Positions 54,727-64,000 of a DNA stretch of 64,000 nucleotides are shown piece after piece. A model generated the notes under the pieces. It saw only the letters and a list, made by a program, of their open reading frames with translations, had not been told where the DNA came from and ran no database searches. How positions within the stretch are numbered: position 1 is the first letter of the stretch; each line of letters starts with the position of its first letter. The position numbers were made by a program, and so were the translations under genes. Source of the stretch: Paraphysomonas bandaiensis (taxonomy: Eukaryota > Protista > Chrysophyceae); the NCBI GenBank assembly GCA_965644295.1, contig CBFFRP010000424.1:62001-126000 (forward strand), written 5' to 3'.

Positions 54727-55573
54727 CGCTTATCTCACATGTAGATTCCTTCTGATGTATCCTGGATTTCCTCACAGTACATTGTAGTATTTTGTATAAT
54801 ACTTTATAACGTAACTTTTCCATTGTTTACGTATGATCGTCCACACTGGTATCTCATCTCTCATTGAGAGCTGTCATGGCGCAATAGATAAAAAGTTATC
54901 CGCAGTAGAAAATTTAGAAACGCGAATCGAAGGGGCGTATTCATAGGAATTTCTAAACGTACTTTATGGAGTGTTGCGATTTTGGGCTATTAAATTTTTA
55001 AAGGTTTTTGAACAACAGCCGTTCCTTGAATAGCGCAGTAGTCAGAGACAGTATTATAAGAAATTTAGTGATAGGCTGCTATGAAAAAATTTGATTGAAA
55101 TATATTGACTCTAGAAGATCGTGTCTATATTCTATATAAGATCTGATAATATTGATTGGTAGTAACGCATACATTACTAATTATTATTACTTAATAATAC
55201 ATACCGCATATGCCACGGAAACAGTATTGCCATTGTTGCTTTTGATGACCCATTAACATTCTTTTTTCTTAATTTGATTTGATTTCGACTTTGCTATGCT
55301 TCCTTAGTGACCGACATTGCTATACTCTTCTAAATTTCGACATAATATTGTTAAAAGTCAGGAAGTGAAGCCAATTTAGAACTTGGCTTTGAGATATACT
55401 TCATTCCACAACGTGTCAACTAGTGCTCCTTTACTCAATATTATTAACAGTATTTAACAAGTGTAGATAAATTATTGAGGACAAAAGTAAAATAATCGAA
55501 CCGGCAAAGCAGCTAGCTAGGAATTATAATTCACATTTATCCCATCGCGCTAACGACTGGTACTGTACAACCT

Positions 55574-58500
55574 TTACGACTGTGATTTAAAATCAGCAAG
55601 CTCCTTTGCAATAATACCTCTAATATCCCCAATCGTAAAATCATTCTCGTGCTCACGTACGTTCAAGCGGCGTACATTCACTCCATGTGCCTCGCCTAAG
55701 TACACATCCCGGATAGAATCCAATGCACTTTTCCTGGCATACAAATGTTCCGGGCAGATTTCAATATTCAATACTTTGTCATCGTCACATTGTATCACTA
55801 TGTCCGCCATAAAACCATGCAGATCCACTCCACCAGAGACCTTTGCACCCCGCATATGTGTCTGTGCGTAATCTTTAATTTCCTTGAGAAACATAATTTT
55901 AATCTTTGATCGGCGTACGGTTCTTGTTGGCATACGAGCAGTAACAAGATGATGCAGCTGCTGTTTTGTATCTTCTAATCTGTACTTAATATCAGTAGGA
56001 AGATCTCCTACTACGTGATTGAAAAGCACAATCGAACGTAATAGATGCATGGCCTCGTCATGCCAATTATATGTTTTCCGTTTACTGTCAGTAGTAGTAT
56101 ACCGCTCCATACAAAAAGGAATAACATCCAGAAAAGTGAGGAGGATCCGGCGGACTGATGGGCAATCAACGGCCATATTCCGGATGCCCAATAATGCATT
56201 TCCAATATTCTGACCATCCGCGAGTGACTTGGAAGCCACCACTTTATCGGTCAGGGCAGACAATAGCTCACGAACCTCAACACAATCTGTAGACATACCT
56301 TGGAGGCCATACAAGGCATTTCCAATTTGTTCACTACTCAAAGAGGTATCAGATGATACAATCTTTGTAGTCAGGGCAGATAACATCTTGCGGACCTCAA
56401 TAGAATCATTAGACATACCCTGGAGACCATACAACGAATTTCCTATTTCTTCTCCACTTAGAGATGCATTCAAACTTAACACCTTAGCAGTTAAGGCAGA
56501 TAACAGTTCCCGAACCTCAACACAGTCACTGGACATGCATTGAAGGCCATATAATGCGTGTCGTATATTCAAACCATTCATCCTTGATTTAGAGTCGACC
56601 ACCTTGGCGGTTAGAGCAGATAGTAGCTCACGAACCTCTACGCAGTCACTAGACATTCGCTGAAGGCCGAATAAGGCATTTCCAATATCCCGCCCATTCA
56701 AACGTGACTTCGAAGCCACCACTTTATCGGTCAGGGCAGATAACATCTTGCGGACCTCAATAGAATCATTAGACATACCCTGGAGACCATACAACGAATT
56801 TCCTATTCCTTCTCCACTTAGAGATGCATTCAAACTTAACACCTTAGCAGTTAAGGCAGATAACAGTTCCCGAACCTCAACACAGTCACTGGACATGCGT
56901 TGAAGGCCATATAATGCGTGTCGTATATTCAAACCATTCATCCTTGATTTAGAGTCGACCACCTTGGCGGTTAGAGCAGATAGTAGCCTCCGAACCACTT
57001 TAGAGTCGCTAGACATTCGCTGAAGGCCGAATAAGGCAGTTCCAATGTGGTCGTGAGACAAAAAAGCTTTAGAAGCCACCACTTTATCGGTCAGGGCAGG
57101 CAATAGCTTGCGGACCTCAACACAATCACTAGACATTTTCTGAAGGCCGAATAAGGCATTTCCAATTTGTTCACCACTCAGAGATGCATCAGAAGATACA
57201 ATCTTTGTAGTCAGGGCAGATAACATCTTGCGGACCTCCACACAATCACTAGACATACCCTGGAGGCCATACATAGCGTTTCGAACGCTCTGACTATTCA
57301 TCAACGCATTGGTCGCAACCACCTTTGTAGACAGGACAGATAATAGCTCGCGGACCTCAGCACTGTCACTAGACATACCCTGGAGACCACACAATGCATT
57401 ACCGATATTCTGTCCAGTCAGTAATGTCTTGGAGGCGGCGACCTTCGCAGTCAATACAGACAATAGTTCGAGGACCACAGGATATTTACTAGACATAGCC
57501 TTAAGTCCATACAATGCATGGTCAACATCGGCACCTCCCATTGGTATGACAGACAGTCTAGCTTTAGTAGATATGACTGACAATATCTCTCGGACCTCGA
57601 CGCAATCGCTAGACATGTTCTGGAGGCCATATAATGCACTCCCGATCCCATGACCACTAGGGGTGAAATTTGAACTCATAATCTTCGGAGTGAGAGCAGA
57701 GATAATTTCGCGGACCTCCGGATACTTGCATGACATACCCCGAAGGCCATATAAACTCATTGCAAACCCTTGGCCACTAAAAAACGCATTACTGGACAAC
57801 ACTTTAGCTGTCAGAGCAGATAACATCTTGCGGACCTCTTCACAGTCACTTGACATTCGCTGAAGGCCGAATAATGCATTTCCAATATTCTGACCATTCA
57901 TGAGTGACTTGGAAGCCACCACTTTATCGGTCATGGCAGACAATAGCTCACGAACCTCAACATAATCACTTGACATACCTTGGAGGCCATACAAGGCATT
58001 TCCAATGTTCTGGCCAGTCAAAAAAGAACGGGAAGCTAATATCTTTGCTGTCAGGGCAGATAACAACTGTCGGACCTCCACACAATCACCAGACATACTT
58101 TGGAGACCATATAACGAATTTCCTATTCCTTGTCCATTCATATATGGATCGGACACGATCACCCTGGCAGTCAGGGCAGATAGCAGCTCCCGGACCTCAA
58201 CACAATCACTTGACATACCACGGAGGCCATACAACGCACTTCCAATCTCCTGGAAAGTCAGTGATACACCCGACGCCGCTATCTTCTTAGCCAAGGTAGA
58301 TAGAATCTTGCGAACCTGTACATAATCACTGGACATACCCTGAAGACCATAGAGTGCGTTTCCGATTCCCTGTCCAGTCAAAGGTGATTCACAAGAGGCC
58401 ACTTTCGATGTGAGGGTGTCTAAGAGGCGCTGAACTTCTATATGATCACAGGACATGTTTTGTAGGCCGTATAAAGAATTGGCAACTGACTGAGCAGTAA

Positions 58501-58975
58501 AAGTGTCTTTACTGCATTCTATCTTTGCCGTCATGACTTCAACAACCTCTCTGACATTCTCGTGCGCAGAAGACATCCCTTTCAGTGAATATATAATAGA
58601 AGCAATCTGTTTTTCACCGAATCGGCATGAATCATTCTGAATTTGTTTGCATAAAGCCTGCAGCAGTAAAACTGCACCTGTGCTGCGACTGGACAGACGT
58701 CTCAGTGCAAAGAATGCTAAATAAGCATCTCGCGGATACATCTGCGTGCCCTCTGACACCGCACTGGCCAGACTGCTGAGGACATTCTCCGAGAAGATGA
58801 CACCGCTCTTCTCACACTGATAGAGTGTAATGGCAAGAGAAGATGTGTCACACTTACCTGCAAGATGATTGAGAAGATCGTCTTTGTTGGAGGAGGAGCC
58901 CAGAGACCTCGACAATGAGAGGGAGAGGGAGGGGGAAGACACCCGGTGAAGGCGTAGGAGGGAGCGCCGTAACAT
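55574..58975 (-). CDS. Intronless 1133-aa protein: organellar presequence, 21 x 40-aa helical (OPR/FASTK-like) repeats and a C-terminal RAP-like domain
   Basis: MLRRSLLRLHRVSS presequence; repeat consensus xGQxIGNALYGLQGMSSDCVEVRELLSALTAKVxxSxxxL; C-terminal LHGFMADIVI...NIEICPEHLY...RDVYL...GVNVRRL. Confidence 0.88.
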   Translation of the reverse strand: MLRRSLLRLHRVSSPSLSLSLSRSLGSSSNKDDLLNHLAGKCDTSSLAITLYQCEKSGVIFSENVLSSLASAVSEGTQMYPRDAYLAFFALRRLSSRSTGAVLLLQALCKQIQNDSCRFGEKQIASIIYSLKGMSSAHENVREVVEVMTAKIECSKDTFTAQSVANSLYGLQNMSCDHIEVQRLLDTLTSKVASCESPLTGQGIGNALYGLQGMSSDYVQVRKILSTLAKKIAASGVSLTFQEIGSALYGLRGMSSDCVEVRELLSALTARVIVSDPYMNGQGIGNSLYGLQSMSGDCVEVRQLLSALTAKILASRSFLTGQNIGNALYGLQGMSSDYVEVRELLSAMTDKVVASKSLMNGQNIGNALFGLQRMSSDCEEVRKMLSALTAKVLSSNAFFSGQGFAMSLYGLRGMSCKYPEVREIISALTPKIMSSNFTPSGHGIGSALYGLQNMSSDCVEVREILSVISTKARLSVIPMGGADVDHALYGLKAMSSKYPVVLELLSVLTAKVAASKTLLTGQNIGNALCGLQGMSSDSAEVRELLSVLSTKVVATNALMNSQSVRNAMYGLQGMSSDCVEVRKMLSALTTKIVSSDASLSGEQIGNALFGLQKMSSDCVEVRKLLPALTDKVVASKAFLSHDHIGTALFGLQRMSSDSKVVRRLLSALTAKVVDSKSRMNGLNIRHALYGLQRMSSDCVEVRELLSALTAKVLSLNASLSGEGIGNSLYGLQGMSNDSIEVRKMLSALTDKVVASKSRLNGRDIGNALFGLQRMSSDCVEVRELLSALTAKVVDSKSRMNGLNIRHALYGLQCMSSDCVEVRELLSALTAKVLSLNASLSGEEIGNSLYGLQGMSNDSIEVRKMLSALTTKIVSSDTSLSSEQIGNALYGLQGMSTDCVEVRELLSALTDKVVASKSLADGQNIGNALLGIRNMAVDCPSVRRILLTFLDVIPFCMERYTTTDSKRKTYNWHDEAMHLLRSIVLFNHVVGDLPTDIKYRLEDTKQQLHHLVTARMPTRTVRRSKIKIMFLKEIKDYAQTHMRGAKVSGGVDLHGFMADIVIQCDDDKVLNIEICPEHLYARKSALDSIRDVYLGEAHGVNVRRLNVREHENDFTIGDIRGIIAKELADFKSQS

Positions 58976-59187
58976 GGCAGGGGTAGAGGTGTGGATGGGT
59001 TAAAGTGACGATGGAATCATTCCATATATATGTACGTATGTATGTATATTCCACAAAGCGACCACCTCTCATGCTGCATGTACTTCTGCACTGCTATATA
59101 CACATACATTCTACTACAGTATGTACCTATGCACTGCTCTATATGTACAATCCATAAACCATACAAGCAACAATGAGGAGGCCATGT

Positions 59188-59207
59188 ACTGCTGTATACC
59201 GTATACC
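59188..59207. promoter_or_regulatory. Candidate promoter element actgctgtataccgtatacc
   Basis: The exact 20-mer also occurs at 41181-41200 upstream of the ABCG gene. The core ACTGCTGTA(T) recurs in other promoters. Confidence 0.45.
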
Positions 59208-59398
59208 TCTGCCGGTACACAGTATACCATACGTAATACCTATGCATGTACACGGTATCGAGGTGTGTACATACTGCTGCTGTGTGTGTCGGTGAGTGTT
59301 TGTCAAACCACAGCACATCAACTCGCTCACTCTATACATACATACATACATACACAGAGCTTATCATCCTATAGACCGCCATTATATCTGAGCACAGC

Positions 59399-62300
59399 AT
59401 GTATCAGTCCATCCGATCCACCCCTCAGAATAAGCGTAAGCGAGACACTATGGAGGCCTCAGGCTCAGATGTGAGTGTGTGTGTGGCTCTATTAAAACCA
59501 GTGGGTCGATTGACCTCTCCATCCCTCTCTTCTATCTCCTCATGCTCAGGAACTCTCTTTCCATCAGGAGATATTCTCATCTCTCATCAGGGAAGACAAT
59601 TATCGCTATTCAAAGAGGCGGTGTTCTGTGCTCGGCCTGTTGTCAGTGAGTTTGAAGTGCACACTGCACGGTTCACATCTCTATCCACACAAACTGTCTT
59701 CTATACAGATGATAGAGGGAACAGACACTTCATTGGGTGCACGGAGAGCGGGGCCGTTGTTTTTGTGTTAAGTGGGGAGGATGACAGGGTATCAGTTATT
59801 GAATATCAGTTGGCTTTGAGTGATAGCGACGAGAAAATTACAAGCATGACATGTATAGGTATGTGCAGACCAACTTATTGACGAAATAGTTGATAAATTT
59901 GACGCAGGATCTGTTTGTGTGCTCGGGTCATCACGAAGTGAGTTATATGTTGTCGGGCGTGACATTAGTAGTACTAGTGTGACGGCTGACGGAGGTGTTA
60001 CTACCCGAGTGTTCTCATATGTTCTGCGCCGCCCACGCAGCCTAATCTACGGTCTTGTGGAGTCTGGTGCACGTATGTTTGGTCTTGACTGGGGTGAAAG
60101 TGCTCCAGTTTCTATGGCGGGAGTAGTGCGTGTTCTACCCCTGTCTTTGCAGTCGGGAGGTGTCGGATATCTGGTGGCTGCAGGTGAGCGGGCCATGTGT
60201 TTGTGGAAGCTAGGGGAGGGTGTTTCAGGGGGTCTTGAAGAAGAAGGGGGTCATGAATTGCTGTGGGAGGTTGATTTACGTTCTGCCCTGGATGATGACA
60301 TGAGACGACAACTAGGTAACACTATCAGTAGCTTTACTGGGGCGGACAAGCGCGTACGCAGGCAGTTCACCCTTGTTGATGTGGCAGTGGTTTCTCCCGT
60401 TTCCCCCTGCCCCTCTTCATCAGATGACTCAGGCCGTGCAGGCTTAATACTTCTTTCTGTATCTGAAGGCGGCTCAGGCTCAGAAATGTGGATACACGGC
60501 GTTGACCTCATAGTTCCCACGGTTCCCCCAGATACCCCCCCCAGACCTGCAGAAGTGTGCAATATAAGATTACGCCGACGTGTGGCTGTGGGGCTTGACA
60601 CCACACATCGCCCCTCTCTGATACGTTGTGGGCATGATGGTGCATCAATGTACGTGACATGGATGGCGTCAACGTCATCGGGGTCTACTGTGCATGTCAT
60701 CGAAGTGTCAGATCTGCAACACTATTTGTCTGCACAGTCAGTTGGTGGCGACATGGAATCCCCTCGACAAGCGCAGCGCTCGCACCCCTCAACATCTATA
60801 GCTCTCTCTACCTCTAATACTGGGTCGGACGATTCGGCAGCATATTCACATTACTTGCTTTTACATGATACTGCTGCACCATCTACATCCTCTCAATTGA
60901 GTACCAGCAGCATGAGCGAAGGCGTAGGGAGCAATACAGGTATCCAGGCATCGTCTCTACTTTCAATATCTTCTGTCACTGCCAGCCGTGGAGCTTCCAG
61001 AGATATTACTCTCGTTTTGCGCGGTAATTTGCCCTTGTTATATTGATCAGTAATACTCATTTCTTTTGCTATAGATGGGTCTCTGATATCCTGTAAACCA
61101 CCAGTGGTCAGCGCGCACCACCTCTTTACCACATTGCCACAGGCTGTATCGCAGGCACCCCTAGATCCTGTGCAGATACTTCTAAGAGGCGCGGCTGGCA
61201 AGGTTAGTGCAAGTGATGATGTTAAGTTTACGCGTTGTAATATCATTGATTATAACGGGGATTCAGGCCACTGTTAAGGAATCATACTCCGCCTTGCTAG
61301 CTTCCAAGACTGGAGGTGGGAGTGGGCAATGCCATGGGGCTTTTTCGGACAATGATATGACTGTACTATCGTCATCTGCCTGCACAGCCAGTAGGCTCAT
61401 AGTGGACTCAGATGATTCTCATTCAGTCTCTTCGGCCCCCGCAAAATCCAGAGCTAGGCAGGACTCTAGTGTATTGGATCGGACTGCTGTCCTCCCCTCT
61501 GGGAGGAGTTTGCACGAGAGACTGGAACGCCACACGCGTTTACTTGAAATCATGCAACAGATACTACTCTCTGCCCCAGGAGAGGAAGGCAACGAGGCCA
61601 GTGGAGGAGACAGAATTATGCCTGCAGGGGTAGTCGAGAATCACAACTTACTGCTGGGAGCCGTGGTACTCTGTTCCCAGCTTCAGGAAATGCAGAGACA
61701 GGGTTCAAGTGATGTATCAGCCGACGGGACAAGTGATGTGGCCAGGCAGAATCTAATGAAAGCGGGAGAAACGGTCCTACTTGATGCTGTGCGGGAGGGA
61801 ATGCGGGCGGAGGTAGAGGAGCGAGTACGTAGTGGCCAGCGTGATCTTTTAAAGGAGGGATGGTCTTTAGGGGATGTATTTTTCACCCAGGTACTATTTT
61901 TGAACGGTTATATTGTCACCAATAGACTGTAACTCGTGTAACAGCCGTCTCGATTGTGCCAAGGCCTGTGCTCAATAGCGAAAGCTTTGCACGGGAAGTT
62001 TAAAGCCTTTTCACTCAGCACTGGAAGGCGGCCCCACAATACTCGAGGCATCGTCTCAGGACCAGCAGCACATGGGACTGGAGCGTCATCTTCACTCTCC
62101 TCATCCCAGCTCCTAACAGCGGCATACTGTCTTTGCTCTCTTCTCATGGGTGTAGTGCGCGCCCCTGTAGAGGCAGAAGGAGGTGAAGATGTGGAGGGGG
62201 ATATGGAGGACGATTGGAATGACGCCAGGCTTCTCTCTCTGGCACGTAGTTCTCATGTAAGTTCATACTGTTGCCTGTCATTGCCACAGATTACTTACAG

Positions 62301-63856
62301 CCTGTGCAGACGCGCCGTGCAGTTCTTTTGGTGTTGGAAGTACTGCGATACTCTTGTGAGGATTGTCGTGAGCGCGGTACTGTGGAGGTCGGCGATATTA
62401 TTAGGAGGAAGTGGGAGGGAAAGCGCGTATACGATCTGTGTTATGCGCTTTTAATGGTGCGTGACATTTGGCTCTTCATGTTGTTGTCATAACTAAAGCT
62501 TTTGTCCGTACTATGTAGAGCCATGAGTTAAGTATTGCAGTCGGATCTGTACAGAGTATAAGCAAAAGCGAATTGAATTCTCTCGAGGACTTTCATTTGG
62601 CCAAGGTGCGTGGTACATGATTCATATTGAGTGGTTGACCTATGTGCCAGAATCGGGCTGGAGGTACTCTGGTTGCGTTCGGTCATGCAGAGGCCGTATT
62701 TTCACTGTCCGTGCGCTTCCAGTGGTTTGAGGGCATTGTTAAGTCTTCCCTAGACATGGACCCCATGTCGTTACGCCCTAAACTACAGCGTCTTCTCACT
62801 GAGATGGCCGATACAAGTGGAACTGTTGATCCTTTTCCCACTACCCTAGAGCTGGGCGAGTTCTGCTTAAATTGGCTTGAAGAACAGGGCAGGCTAGTAG
62901 AGTTGCTACGGGTAGGAAAGTACGCCCCAGTTCATATGGATAAATTTCTCAAGGTTAGTGTTTTGTTACTTCGCGTGATACGTCGTGTAAAGCTCGTTTA
63001 TGTAGACGAGACCTTACATCGGATGGCTTCGGGCTCTTGAGGAGAAGAAGTATGCTTTGGGTGCTGAAGCCACACTCGAACATTGCGCTGCTCCACAACC
63101 TGAAAAGCTAACTACTCCCTCTCTATCCACAAAAAAAACTCTGTTGAGTATAGGGAAGCTGTGTGCTTGGGCTGGTGTCATGGAGGCAAGTGACCAAATC
63201 ACTTGTGGAGAAAATGGGGGCCTCGAGACAATTGAGCGACTTGACACTGCACTTCTGCTTGTAAGGGCGGCTGAGTGTCTACGGAAAAGACTGGGTAGCA
63301 ATGACAGGTATGTACTAGGTATGCTACTTTTTGTACATTGACGTTATATATGAACAGGGTTGACAAGGGTTTTTCGGAGCCCAAATCTGCCGTATCATCA
63401 TTACTAGATGCAGTCGATACATCGGATGATGATTCGGTGGAGAATCTGGCTGACAGTGCCCTACCTATTGCCCTTAGACTTCTGTTAATATCCTTCTCAT
63501 CAGACAACGACCCGTCGCTGTCAAAACTCCTCCGGAGAATATGGCGGGCAGCGGTCTCTGCTGAAATGTCATTGTGGATAAGCGTTGCTGCAACCTCTAT
63601 CGAAAGTCGCCAGGAACTGCAAATGAGAAAAACTCTCGTCTACAGATTGCTTAGAGAGACTATCGCATATAGTGCGGAGACGGCGAAAATTGATACAGGT
63701 GGTTTGGAAGTTGAGAATCTGCCTGCAGTTGCGTGGTGCCTAAATAGCATACATGGTGACGAAGACATCGTTCCAGCTGATAAATTCGACGACACATTAA
63801 CAAGGAAGCAGATGATGGTAACGATTAGGAAGTGCGCAGGCATAGCTTGTCATTAG
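59399..63856 (+). CDS. NUP133: Nucleoporin Nup133-like protein, multi-exon
   Basis: Beta-propeller-like N-half (LRRPRSLIYGLVESGARMFG); helical C-half with FL...YIGWLRAL and SLSTKKTLLSIGKL, resembling the Nup133 C-terminal motif. Confidence 0.65.
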
Positions 63857-64000
63857 ATTTCCAGGTAACTTTGAGTTGGAAATAGAGTAGGATAATATGT
63901 CCACGAGTATGTGGCTAGTGCTGACACGAATTGCTGTCGGCACGACAATAATATTAAAACATCCCGGGATAGTAGCGTTGCGTTATCATGCTTGAATAAG

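Overview
Eukaryotic nuclear DNA, gene-dense, with short (mostly ~45-110 bp) GT-AG introns. The gene content and intron style suggest a stramenopile, probably chrysophyte-like (inference only). About 17 protein-coding genes are present. Recognisable ones are TRM5, a PMCA-type Ca2+-ATPase, a full-size ABCG transporter, a PAPS-transporter-like SLC35B, a UXS-like protein, a Nup133-like protein, a hybrid histidine kinase, a pectin acetylesterase/Notum-family esterase, a DUF6492-like glycosyltransferase, two MYND proteins and an RIIa micro-protein. Most genes form head-to-head pairs whose short promoters share an ACTGCTGTAT motif, and transposon debris collects between pairs. The most notable items are: (1) an intronless, probably mitochondrion-targeted protein with 21 exact 40-aa helical repeats, recently shuffled, with hypervariable positions and a degenerate RAP domain; (2) a ~470-bp non-autonomous retroposon family whose head partly folds like an HDV/ingi-type ribozyme; (3) a predicted lipid-anchored NTPase-REase (Crinkler/RHS-like) protein; (4) a UXS-like protein lacking key catalytic residues, sharing a ~130-bp bidirectional promoter with a Golgi transporter; and (5) hAT MITEs, one with both filled and empty sites visible. 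Exon structures were read by eye, so CDS coordinates are gene spans.
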